A stretch of 64,000 nucleotides of DNA from Marsupella aquatica (taxonomy: Eukaryota; Plantae; Marchantiophyta), in contig OZ316897.1 of NCBI GenBank assembly GCA_973895155.1, positions 17,828,457 through 17,892,456 on the forward strand. The letters run 5' to 3'. This document shows positions 1-13,200 of this stretch, piece after piece. A program made the translations under genes and the position numbers. Below the pieces are notes generated by a model. It searched no databases and had not been told where the DNA came from. It saw only the letters and a program-made list of their open reading frames with translations. How positions within the stretch are numbered: the first letter of the stretch is position 1; each line of letters begins with the position of its first letter.

Positions 1-3000
1 CTGATGGCAGGTCGAGAGATTTGTATGAGATAACAATGTTTACGTGTCTGACCTCAGGCTCTGGTAGAAGAGAAAGAGACGAGGGCTAAGGAGACCATGC
101 GCATAATGGGATTAAAGCCGTGGGTGTTTTCTTTGTCATGGTTCGCAACTTACATGGTTCGTGAATCTTAATTATTCCATGTCCCGGCTCTTGTCAGCAT
201 GCAGAGTCTCCTCTTGCTTGATTGATTCTTGCTTTTTCAATGCACAAAGTCCTGAAGTCTTGAAATTCCACTGATACTTTATGTCGTCGTGGCTAATTTT
301 CGTGTTCTCCTTTCCATGACTTACGCTGGGCTTAGCTCGCTGCGAGTTTGCATACAGTCAATGCCCTTATTTGCTCCCGATGGTTAAGAAGTTCCAGCTA
401 TTTCTTATTTTGGCGACAATTAGATCCTCATGTGCTTGGTAATGACGCATGCAGGTTGTGTTCTTCATCATATCAGTCTTTGTAACAGCTCTTCTGAAGG
501 TCACCTTCTTTCCAAACAGGTGCGTTTTTTGAGAGACGTAGACTTGGCACCGCATGCACAGTTTCACGACATTTAACCCGTTCACAGTCTCTGTTTCGTT
601 GATAGATTCTCTTGCTGATACCTTCCTTGGTTGCAGTGATGTCAGCATAGTCTTCATCCTGTTCTTTCTATTCACCACTTCTCTTATACCTTTCGGTAAG
701 TACGAATTCCGTTCATCACTTTGCGGACTCCTTTTGAAGGTTAAGACGTTTGAAAGCTTCTTGTACATATTATATACTTCAATTTGGTTTTCGGATGGAA
801 GGTAGGTTTTACCTTGATAATGTGACTTGACCAGTTTCACAGCTTATGAACATCGCCTTAATAAAAGTGAAAGTCAAATTGCTTGGGGATTTTGCAGGGT
901 TCTTCCTCTCCGTGTTCTTTTCAAAAGCCAAGCTAGCTGCGCTTGTTGCGCCATTTGTGCATTTCGCCTCCATCATGCCTCGTTATGTGTTCTTTCGCAC
1001 GGGCAGTGGTCAGGCCTTGCGTGGGAAATCAGCGACATCGCTGCTTCCTCCCACAGCGTTTACCTTCGGTAGGTTTCTGATATATCTCACTCTTTCATAC
1101 CTTTGGTGCTGACAGGATGTGGAAAGGTCGGGTAGCGTTTAATTGAAGTGAATTATTTCAAGTTCGTTGGCAATCTCAATTTCCACCCTTGATTGAAATT
1201 CGATTTGAAGTTTAAGAGTACATAATAATAACGTGCTTTCACAGTCTTATATTTTTAGTGACAGTCGCTTGACACCTTTCGTGATTTGTCCTGTACGATG
1301 ACAGGGGTGGATCTCATGGCGCAGTATGAAGGAGCAGATGTTGGTTTGACGTGGGCAAATATCTGGGAGGACGAATTTTCCATGGCTTGGATATTTTTGT
1401 TGTTCATTGTGGACTGCCTCCTTTATGGTCTTCTTGCTTGGTATGGCCCTCTCAAATGTTTTCCTATATTCTTTCACCTGTGTCATACGGTGTCGTCCTA
1501 ATAGCGTTTGGACTAGAATATTATTGGCTTTGAGATACTGTTACCCCGTTCGTGGGCCTTGCTTCGTGTGCTTGGAATATTTGTTCTATCATCGGAAAGT
1601 CCACCTGGTTGGTCGTGTGTCTACTACAAGAAATTCCTAGATTCATGCAGATATTAAGAGAAAATTCTTAGGAGTGTCGAAGTTGTAAGGTTTAGGGTTG
1701 AATCATTGCCCCAGTGAAAAAGGATGTCGATGCCAAAATATTAAACAACGGGAAATCGCTTTGTGAAGGCTTCTACTTAGTGTCTCATAGAGGCCGGTGT
1801 TCTGTTTCAAAACGTTCTCAGGTACCTTGAGCAAGTACTGCCGTCGGAGTATGGTGGAAGGCTACCTCCGTGGTTTTTCTTAAAGTCCTCGTATTGGTCC
1901 TCCGACACAACAAAGTACAGAACGGATTGTGAGGTTTGTATCCAATTTAGTTTAAATTCAAGTTTTGATATTTGCCTGATGATTCTAATTTCTTGGAACA
2001 GGTCGAGGAGATTTCAATGCCTTGAAGATACCCCGGTCTTGTGCTTTACTACCAGTAGCTTTCTGATGCTTTCCTCGACTCAAATTCGGTCAATTTGTCG
2101 ATATCCTGTTTTGTGCACTTCTGGAGTTTCTTCAGCAGAACTCTATAGTAGATCCTTGTTTTACCAAACTGGAGCTTAAAGAGTCCAACACATTCGTTTC
2201 TCTTATTGAAAATGTAGATTGGCTTCTGCGATGACTTGATTTAACGATCCTTCTAACTTCGAGTGGTGTATTAAATTCTTCTCCTTTTTGTGCAGTTGGT
2301 AGCAGACATGGAAGACCCTTGTTGGCAGAATGAAGTTGAACCTGTCGGGGGAGGAAATTTTGTTGCTGCCGTGCAGGTGAACGATCTGAAAAAAGTATTC
2401 CCTGGTGGGAAAGTGGCTGTGGATGGCCTGAACCTGACAATTTATCAAGATCAGATAACAGCTTTGCTTGGACACAACGGTGCTGGAAAGTCTACGACGA
2501 TATCCATGTTGACAGGTTTGATTAGGCCAACTGGTGGAGACGCTAATATTTGGGGTCATAGCATCCGTGGAAACTTGAGTTCTATCAGAAGGTTTCCTTC
2601 CGAACTTTTCGTTTGTAAACTGCGAGGCACTTTCATCGTTTTTGGTTCGTTAAGTTCATTGTATGTAGGATTTAATGGATATGGGCATGGTTAAGGACTT
2701 TTTGAACAAATAGGTTTCGGATGGGATCCATTTGCGGGTACGACATCACTTGTTCAAATTGCGGAAGGACTGACATTTGAGACCAAACAGCTTTTTGTGA
2801 GTCAGTAAGCCCCTGTCGGGTTTGCTGTCGTTTTTTAAGGGGATCGCTCATTATGACGGAGCCTCTGTTTAACAGGAGCTATTGCTTATGCCAAATCATA
2901 TTAGTTTTCCTCACATTGTGTTAGCACTGTATCTTATGCAGGACCATGGGAGTTTGCCCTCAACAGAATGTTCTTTTCCACAACTTGACTGTGAATGAAC

Positions 3001-6000
3001 ACCTAGAACTATATGCTGCTGTGAAAGGGATTCCAGACAAGCTGGTTGCACAGGAAGTACAGGAAATGTTGGAAAGACTCGGTCTCTCTGATAAAACGAA
3101 TGCCCCAGCGGCCAGTCTTTCGGGAGGGATGAAGCGCAAGCTGCAGGTACGAGGACTAAAGAGATGATCCATAGATCTCTGCTAGAATAGAATGAAAGGA
3201 CTGTAACAGGCCCCTCAAGTGGACATGTAGGTGGAGAATGTTACGTGAGCAAGAATTGTGTGAATTGACGACTGTGGGTTTATGCCAGGTTGCAATTGCT
3301 ATGCTGGGAGGTTCGAGAATTGTGTTTTTGGATGAGCCGACCTCAGGAATGGATCCACATGCGAGGAGGGCCATGTGGGAGCTTCTTCGGACATTCAAAC
3401 AAGGCCGTGCAATTGTTCTCACGACTCACTACATGGATGAAGCCGATCTGCTCTGTGATCGCATTGCGATAATGAGTGACGGACGACTTCGTTGCTGTGG
3501 AAGCAGTCTGTACTTGAAGGTATTTTAGGATATTTTGTACATGAAAGTGCGTTTTCTGCTTTGCATGTGGTCACCTTTAAGCGCATTACGACAATGCGAA
3601 GGGTAATTATTGTTGTCCAAGGGGCAAACTTCAATATCTAGATTATTAGTAGACGTTCTGGCACGATGACTCCATGGAAAAGAGGGGTAAAATATTATCT
3701 CTGTTTGATGTGCAGGCGAAGTATGGTGTGGGTTATAATTTGACAATGACAAAGAGCAGTGCAGCCTGTTCTGAGGCCGCTGTGCAAGAGGTTATTCTCA
3801 AGCGCCTTCCACAGGCCGTTCCTTTAAGCTCCGCTGGAGGAGAGATGGCATTCCAGCTGCCTGTAGCGAACAAGGCTGCATTTGCGGAGCTCTTTGAAGA
3901 ACTTGAGCAGCAGAAGGATGCGCTGAAAATAGGAGGTTACGGTGTGTCCATGACCACTCTAGAAGAAGTTTTCATTCGGCTGGCTAATGAGGATATCACA
4001 CCTGTGGCGAAAGTGAAGAACTCCCATGATGAAAGTCATGGGCACGATGAACTGGGTCTCCTGCCCCCCATAGAGGTAGGGGCTGAAGATGGAGAAACGG
4101 AAGCTCTTGTTCCAGGTTATGGGAAACGGAGTTCCATGGTTGGAGACAAGGATATTGAGGCTGCTGTTATTGTACGTCGGATGGTGACCAAGGAGACTTG
4201 CACCTTTTGTACTGCATGGCTTGAGATGCTGAAGAAGCGGGCAATAATAGCAAGGCGTGACTTGAAGGTTAGTGACAGCCTTCACCTCTACTGATACTGT
4301 GATAGTTTCCTGTCCCGTGTAGTAATCGGGTCCAAGTCCGCACTCATTTTGGTCCTCAACCTCAACTAACGCCGATTTATACCCCCAAAATATATATATA
4401 CTTTCCTGACAACTCATATGACGCCCATGTACACTTGTGTGAAATCTAGGTAAAATATATGTCAACTACATATAAACTTATGTAAAACTCTTAAATTAAT
4501 GTAAAATATTTAAATCTCGTTAACCATGTGTAATCTAATTTGTCCGCACCCTATGTTAAGTCCGTATTTTTTCGCCGGGATTGAAACGCGGACTGAATAT
4601 AGAGAATCTCGAGGCACCTGGTTGATAGCTATCCACTAACATTAGCATTTTCAATTATCTGACCCAGACGTTGTCTTCTTACAGGGTCTGATCAACACCA
4701 TCCTCCTTCCGGTTGCTGTAATCGCGTTTGTGATGTTGATATTGAAACTGAATATCGACCCAGTTGGCCCAACGCTACCACTTCAATTTGACATGTTCAA
4801 AAAGTCACTGGAAACACCCCATAAGGCTCAGCACAACTTGACCATTCCTGTGGCTGGAGTTGATATCTCTACTCTGCCCTTCATTGGTGAAGCTGGCTTT
4901 GTGGAGCTTGAAGGGGAACAAGAGATTGTGAACAGCGTGCAGATGAGTGAGTTTCTCTTGAATAAAATCCACGGTCCACCAAGATATGGTAGGTGGTCAA
5001 GCCCAAGGATTCTCAATGTCAATTTCCAGATTGTCCTGGAACAGCTGGTAGTCTAACATTGAAGAGGAATTGGTTTTTCTGTATACATGTTGATCGCTTG
5101 AAGGGCTTCGCCGAACTTTAAAGTTTATCTCTACCTTGTCACTTTCTCATCCGACCTGTTGACTGTGTTGGATTCTTTGGTCCTGTCTCTTTCTGGGGAT
5201 CAGAATTTGCAACTTTGAATTTCATTTGTTGTTCATTAATTCTTTCTTTCTTCTTTGATTGATTCATTCTTTCATCTTTCCTTGATTTATTGTTGCATTT
5301 GTTCTGATGGCTGTTTCCTTACGCGCAGGGGCTTTGATATTCAATGATACTCTACTACCGCAGTACAACACATCAGTTTTCCGTGATGTGAACATTACAA
5401 AATTGAAAATTCTTTTCCCCAATTCAACTTTCCTACAAGGACTTCCAGATGGTGTGGTGGGGGATCTCCCATTCATGCAAACTCCTGATGGGCAGGGTGT
5501 GAAATCTCCGGTGACCCTTTTGCATAACACTAGTTCTGAGCATGCACTTCCGGTTCTAGTCCAAGAGCTTGCACAAGCAAGCCTGCGGGTAGCTCTCAAT
5601 CTTCCGACTGCCACCTTCCGCATACAAAGCCACCCTCTACCTTTGACCAAGAACGAGGCCTCGAGACTCCAGGCCATGTTGTACTTGTTGGCTGCCCTTT
5701 TCGTGTTGATCCCCTTCTGTTATCTCGCAGCCAGCTTTTCAGTGTTCATTGTGCGAGAGAGGGTTGTTAAAGCTAAACTGCTTCAGGTACTGAGTTCTCG
5801 ATTAGTTTGGATCTTCTAGATTTGGTTTAGAATATGAAAAAAGTACTCTCAGTGCCAGGCGTGTGATAGAATATTCCATATTCGGTCTGTTTGTTAGCTT
5901 GATAGTTGAAATTCTAGACTTTAGTTCTTGTGCAGGATCTTCTAGTCGATTAGATTGCTAGCTAAAATTGACATTAGTTCTCAATGAGTCGGGGTCATGA

Positions 6001-9000
6001 CCGCAAAACTTTGTTGCTTTTAACAGATGTTAAGTGGTGCGAACACTTACTCTTACTGGGCTGCAACATACAGCTGGGACATGATGAATTACATTGCCAT
6101 CGTGGCCATTACAATGCTGGTTTTTGTAGCCTATCGTGACCAAGCTTTCATTGGCTCCTGGACCAAGGCCGGCGCTGTACTCGTTCTTCTCATCTGCTTT
6201 GGCCTCTCAGTGCTGCCACTCTCGTACTGCTACTCCTTTGCTTTCAGCAGCCATGCCAATGCACAGGTGGGTGTTTGTCTGCAACTACCGCCTCATCTTT
6301 GCATCATCTTTTATGGATTAGGTAGATTATTGGGTGTCGTTTTATTTTCATCATTTGATTTATAACTGAATTGGATTTCGTTTAGAACTTCACAGTTGGC
6401 ATTTACATACTATCATTACTATTATTTGCAATTGTTTATGGTTATGTTTTAGTTGTGTTTTTTTTTGGGACAATCGTTTCACTTTGACACGATGAAATGC
6501 ATAGGCTGTTGAATGCGCTACTTTTACCCTATTACCTTAGTGGATGACTTCACCATGGTTATTAGTGACATGGATCAAATGCAACGAAACTTACTCTTGC
6601 CTGGATCCAGGTGGCCATTGCTGGAATACATTTTGTAACTGGATTCGTCATGCTTGTTGCAAGCAGTGTTATGGGTGCTCTGCAAGAAACGAAGGTACGT
6701 CCGCCGTCTGCCATGAATCAACTGAACTACACACGCAAATTCTTTGGATGTACTTGTGTTTGACTCCCTGAATGTAGTGCCCCCATATATATGTCATTTG
6801 GTCACATGGTCGACTGTAAGGGCAGTCTGTTCAGCCAAATGTTGTTGCCATGCAAAGCCGGCGACGATTAGGCCAGTTTAGGTCAATGTTCTCGTGCTAG
6901 TTCGAAATCTAGGTGGCCGCCACGAAACTGAAAGTGGTCCGAATTCTCCTTCGATAAATTCGAATTGAATTTGATTCTAGACTGTTCCTTGCAAATCAGT
7001 CACATTCAAGATTGTGAGGCTAGACTATATCAATTCGATTGTTTTAAGGATGTACAATGTAACGTAAATATATCAAACGCATAAAAAGGGAGAAGGAACG
7101 TGGAGCTAAATGTGTCCACACAACGCACTGGTGACTGGACGTTAGATTAGCTCGCAAATTGTTCTATATGTAGTCAATGTAGGAAGGATTTGGTTTTTTT
7201 CTTGATATACTAACTTTTTTGGTTTTATCGCAGGAAATGAATAGGTGGCTGGTGCACGTTTGGCAGTTCTTTCCACCGTACAACTTGGGCAACGGTCTCG
7301 TGAGTCTCTCGGCTTTGGACCTGCAGACTACCTTCCTGGGGGGAACAGCCCGTCCATACCAGTGGGATATCCTGGGTCGTCCGATATCATTGATGCTTTT
7401 GGAGGCAGTCGGGTACATGATCTTGACGCTCATTATTGATGACGACTGGTTAAGTTATGTTTACAAGTTGGTCAGGAAGTACCTGGCCCCGAAAAGTCCC
7501 CAAGCATCAGCCTTGGGGCTTGCTGCTGCAAGCAATGGTAATAATGCGGTGGCCTTGATTGCTAATACTTGCCTGTTAATACTTGTCAAAGTTATCAAAT
7601 CAAGGTCTTTTGTTGTGCATTCTGGAATATCCTCATTAAGAAAATGGAGACAGGCAGCCGAAAATCGAGAATTCGAGAGCGTTTATAGGCATTTGCTACG
7701 AGAAACTCTAAACCATATGAGCTCTGGAAGGATAAGAATCTGAGCTGTTTGATTTGGCAAGGCTGGGCTATGTGTGTAACTGCAAACCGCGTTGCAAACA
7801 TTCTGCTTCCCAAGATAGATAGTCGAGCAGGTGGATTTTCCATCCGGAATTATCGTGAAACTGTTTGTCAAACCTAACATTCGCCCGTAGCGAGAGAAGT
7901 ATTATATGAGCATTTAAGGGAATGACAATTGAACATTCTTTTATCAAAGGATGTTATGTCCAGCCTCATTGGACGTCTTCGTACGTTGTGTGGGATTTGT
8001 TTCAGGTGATTCTGGCAGGGTTGAGGACGTGGACGTAGCAAATGAAAAGCAACGTATTGAAAGTGGACTGGCTGATAATGAAGCTGTCAAAGTGCAAAAT
8101 CTTTGGAAACTTTATCCTGGGCAAGGAAGGGACCCAGGAAAGGTTGCAGTTAGAGATCTTTGTCTGGGGATACCTTCGGGTGAATGTTTTGGATTCCTGT
8201 AAGTGTGAAACACGAACTTTCTAGGCAGAGGATGTTTCTGGAGTTTGGTTCAGAGTACCTTGTCTATATTGTTTAAAATTTGAATGATTTTCAGACCAAT
8301 CCTACTTTAACCATTGTCGATCTAGATAGATGAAATTGGTCTACATTCTTAGAAAGTGCGCTTCTTCACTAAAATTTCAGAGAACTTTTTCCTGTAGCTT
8401 TCTTAGTGTCTGCACGTCCAGAATTTCGGGTCCATGTTTTTTCTCTGTTCTCCCTTAATTCCACGCATACCAAGTAAATGATTTTGTTCATGCAGGGGAG
8501 TAAATGGAGCAGGAAAAACCACGACTCTTTCAATGCTGAGTGGTGATATTAAACCAACAAGTGGAAATGCCTTCATAAATGGTCACTCCGTCGTGACAAA
8601 CTTGCAAGGTGTGCGGAAACACATTGGGTATTGCCCACAGTTCGACCCCTTGCTGGACTTAATGACGGGAAGAGAACATCTCGACATGTATGCACGACTG
8701 AAGGGTGTTGCCAAGTGGAGAGTAAGAAGTACCGTTGATGACGTTTTGAAAGCAGTCGGGCTCCAGAAGTATGCTGGCACTGTTGCTGGAGTTTATAGTG
8801 GAGGCAATAAACGAAAGTTGGCTTTAGCTATTGCTTTGGTAATTTCTCCTCCTCCTCCACGCTTTCAGACCCTTAACTTTTCGTTCATTCGCTTTTGTCG
8901 ACTTTTCCATGTTATTGGTGCGCAGCATGGTTGATCTTGGGGCTCACGCGAGTTGTTACGTTCTTTCATCTGTACAACATCCTATTGATTGTCTGGAAAT

Positions 9001-9710
9001 AATTGGAACAGGTTGGAGATCCTGCTGTCGTCTTTCTTGATGAACCTAGCAGTGGGATGGATCCAGTTGCTCGAAGATCTATGTGGGATGTTATTGTGGA
9101 TGCAATAACCAGACGTAATGTAAGCATGGTATTGACAACGCACAGTATGGAAGAGTGCGAGGCCCTGTGTGGTCGTGTTGGAGTGATGGTAGCTGGAAGT
9201 CTTGTGTGCTTGGGATCCATTCAGCACTTGAAGTCACGTTTTGGAAATGGTATGTGATCTGAATTCACGCCCATCAGTTTAAGTGTATTTTTTCCAGAAA
9301 TCAAGAGGGAGTTGTACCTGGGTTGATCCTGTGCAGCCCGCCCTTCCAGTGTACGTTTCGCTCATATGCTAGGTCGAATGTTTTTTGCAGGTTACAACGT
9401 GGAACTGCAATGCAAAAGACCGGAGAACATGCAGCAAATTCATGGCATGATCGCCGACTTTTTCCCTGGGGCAATATTGGATGAACAGCACACCATAAGA
9501 GTAAAGTACTCTATACCCGTGGAGGGGCTATCTTTATCAAAAGTATTTAGAACGATTGAATCTGAGAAGGAGGGAGTTGGCCTGGAAGACTACAGTGTCA
9601 GTCAGAGTAGCCTTGAGCAAATTTTCATTTCATTTGCCAAGGGTCGAGATCACAGTTCTGAGGACGATCAGAAAAATATCAATTTTGCTCACGTAGTTTC
9701 CACAGGGTAA
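1..9710 (+). CDS. ABCA1: Full-size ABC transporter subfamily A (ABCA1-like), multi-exon, 5'-truncated by the window edge
   Basis: Spliced ORF pieces with GT-AG introns. NBD1: GHNGAGKST (~2470), LSGGMKRKL (~3120), [10 protein letters not shown] (~3330). NBD2: GVNGAGKTT (~8500), [19 protein letters not shown]. Also ABCA-typical [34 protein letters not shown] and [12 protein letters not shown]. Stop TAA at 9708-9710. The symbol is a family-level call; orthology is untested. Confidence 0.93.
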
Positions 9711-10599
9711 AGTGACAGCTCTGTGAGTGGTGACTATTGGCCGCTAAGAGTACTTAACCCTTATACCATTTCTATTAGCTCTCACAAGCAAGTAAGGTGT
9801 AGGAGCATGTAACAATCGTTGTACTATATAACCTGGAGGGAGGTAACCGCTCCTCTTTAGAATAGAAAATTTAGGATAACTAAATTATGTGATAGCTAGT
9901 CAGTACTACCCCTGCAAAACGGGGCTACATTCTTATTCTCCTTGGATTAGGAGGAAGCATCAGCATACAAGGTGTGAAAATCCAACTTGGAAAACTCTAA
10001 TTGAGTTTTGAGATTGGGGTTTGCTTAAACCCTAAACGTTAACAACTTTTGTTATGCATATATCTTCAGCCTACCACTTTACACCCATGAGGGTCTGACC
10101 TTCACCTATGTAGACTGTAACAGAGGATAGTGAGTACAATGAATTAACTTTAAGGGACAGTACCAGTGAGTGGACTTTAGACTGACCTTTAGTTCAGTTT
10201 TGCAATAAGGTGGAAACTGGTGATTGTCAAAAAACCCTATGATCTCGAGATCTAAGTCAGACCTAGGGTAGGCAGATTTTCAATCGAAGCTGGAAGGGGG
10301 ATGCTTCACCATGGAACACCAATCTGTCATATGTATCCTCGCTAGAAGGGGCAGGTTGACACAACTCTTGTTTATCCTGGCTTGGGATGAAATTGACAAT
10401 AACTTTGTCAATCCGAAGTACAACAGACTAGCTTAGCTAGTTATGATAAGGGTTTAGGTCCTTGTCAAGACTACTCACAACATAATAAAGCTTTCCCCCA
10501 TAGTAAAGCATTGCAGAATTGGTAGACGGAATTTCTGTTTTCTGTAATCTGACAAAGAATAGGTGGGCAGCAGTATTGTCATAAAGTCGACATTTCTAT

Positions 10600-10762
10600 C
10601 CGCTAGGAGAAAAGTATTTCAGGTTGATCAAATCAATTCTATCTATTTGTATGAATGGATTATATTTGCTAAAATTATGTTAGCTAGCAGAAAAGTATTT
10701 CAGGCTGATCAAATCAATTCCATCGGGTTGTACTCATGGATTATATTTGCTGAAATTATGTT
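10600..10762. repeat. ~80-bp tandem duplication (2 copies)
   Basis: gctag(g/c)agaaaagtatttcagg(t/c)tgatcaaatcaattc...ggattatatttgct occurs twice in tandem. Confidence 0.8.
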
Positions 10763-12399
10763 CTTACCTTGACCACGAAATTGTTTTCAGAGAAGTCCGA
10801 ACAATGGCCATAAGTTGGGTCACTTGTGGTATGCCAGCACAAGATGTTAAAGTACCTTAAAGTTTGGAGAACCACACTCTGTTATCTCTATTGAGACAAT
10901 GCTAAATTGTATTTGCTTCTGCGTATCATGCAAAGACATACATACATATATCAAGTATTAGTTTCAATTAATTACATTGAATAAAAGTTAAAGTCCATTT
11001 CTAAATATAAGAAGTTCTGTTTTGTTGTCGTTGTTAAGATCATATAGCTATAATTCACTGTGATTTAGTAGCTTACAGCTATCTAAATGCACTGCTTTAG
11101 GGCAAAGTCACAGAACCATGAATGAACCAAATTATAAATCGTGGAAGCTAGTGACATTAGATTCACTATCTGTGATTGAACAAGAAATATGTAAATCACC
11201 AAATCCATTTAGCCCATACAAGACAAATGATTCTTCAGTTCGAGAACCAAGGAGAAAAATAAGCCAAACATAAGATCTTAAGTACAACTACTTAACTTCT
11301 GCTGATTACTAGTTGTACAGGCTCATTGCGTCCTTCATAGAACCTCCTGAAAAATTAAAACCCTAGACAGAAGTCCAAGCTAGACTGGCCTAATTGTAAG
11401 ACCTCAAAGCATCCCCACCCGGGTCCCCACAAGGAGACTTCCCCACAAGGAGACGATAATGCTGACTAGAAAAGCTAGGTGTACGTGATGAGCTAGTGAA
11501 GTTACAATCACATCACTCAGTTCCATTGCCAGAGGTATTTTATTTTGCGAGCAAACATGAGATTTTGATAGGGAGTAAATGTTATTAGCAAGACACTAAT
11601 GGTTTCAAATTTCATTATTTTGCTTTTTGGTGCCATTTATATTTTTTGTGTTTTTTTAAAGACTCCAGATGGGTGAGCTCGCTAGCAAAAAAGGGAGTCC
11701 CCAAAAGGGATGTTATCAACTAGGGAGTTGATAGAGAGGCAGTTGGATGTAGAAAAATAGGGGTCATACAAGAATGTTTTTTACTCATGCTAAGAAAAAT
11801 TTTACAGTTACAGTTTGCTCGCAAATTTGTTTAGTTTTGTTGTGATCAAAGATGGGCTTTCCACAAAGATGGGGGGGGGGGGGGGGGGGTAGTCCCATCG
11901 GAGATAGAAAATCATGTATATATATGAGTAAAACCATCCATTTCGGTGAAGACCTTTGCATTCTCCCTTGATCACAGTCGAATAGGACACATGAAGGGAA
12001 AAAGAAATCTGAAAGGACGACGTCCTGCCTGGTTATTTCCATCTTCAAAACTTAAAGAATTACTCTCCGCCTGTTCCCAGTCCTACACAATTCCATCTCA
12101 TGGTTCTCGATACCAAACCCTGTGCATGAAGAAGAAATGCAGTATGCTCCTTTTCCCGAACACCCTGGTCTTCGTATTAGTCTCGATGCCAAAAATATTT
12201 CACTTTAAGAGTCCCACACAAGCTTCTGGTTCTCGATGCCAAAGGATGAAGAAGTAATGAAGTATATTCTTTCTCTCGAATATGCTCCCTTTGTCTTTGT
12301 CTTGCATTGGTCGGAAAACGTTTCACATGGAAAGTGATCAATTATTACTACAATGTCATCATCGGCAGCTACAGCACAGATATATAGGGTTACTAGCTC

Positions 12400-13200
12400 A
12401 ATACCCGTGCGTTGCACAAAATATGTAGTGACGACCAAGATGTCGTTGAGAACAAAAGAGGTTGTGCGGCCAAGAGGTTGTTGAGAAGAAAGATGTCATG
12501 CAAGCCAAGATACCAGTGATAACAAAAGATGTTGTGTCGGCCAAGAGGTCGTTGCAAAGGAAGATGTCGTGTTGCCGGAGATGTTGAGAACAAAAGATGT
12601 CATGTCGGCCAAGATGTCGGTGAGAACAAAAGATGTCATGTTGGCCATGATGTACGTTGGTGAGAACAAAAGATGTCATGTCGGCCAAGAAGTCATTGAG
12701 AACAAAAGACACCGTGAAGAAAATACCCGTGCGTTGCAGAAAAGATGTCGTGTCCCCTGAGATGTTGTTAAGAAAAAAAGATGTCGTGTCGCCCAAGATA
12801 TTATTAAGAAAAAAGATGTCGTGTCATCTAAGATGTCATTAAGAAAAACAGATGTTGTGTCGCCCAACTATTTAAGAAAATTGTCAAGGAAAGACAATGT
12901 AGATGCATGAGGGATGACACTCCGCAAAAGATGTTGTGTAAAGGATATCATTATGTAAAGGATATCATAAATCCCTCATTGCACAAATATGAGATCACTG
13001 TTAACAACCTCTACAAAAATTGCAGAAGCATTCTATTATAGGTTTTGATAGTTCAATCCACGTGTGTTGCACAAAAGATATCATTGCGCAAAAAATATTG
13101 TTTGCAAATTCAAAAAGTGTTGCGCAAAAGACGTGGTGTCCATGAAAGATGTCATATGCAGTAAAGATGTTATTGTGTAAATAATAAATAATTGCAAAAG
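12400..13200. repeat. Degenerate minisatellite built on AAAGATGTCRT(G/T) units
   Basis: Many copies of aagatgtcgt/aagatgtcat separated by gagaacaa/gtcggcc spacers; only low-complexity ORFs. Confidence 0.8.

Noticed and set aside
367-9227. Antisense and alternative-frame ORFs over the ABCA gene
   Set aside because: Shadow ORFs with no recognisable motifs.
11871-11889. Poly-G run
   Set aside because: Simple homopolymer with no further structure.
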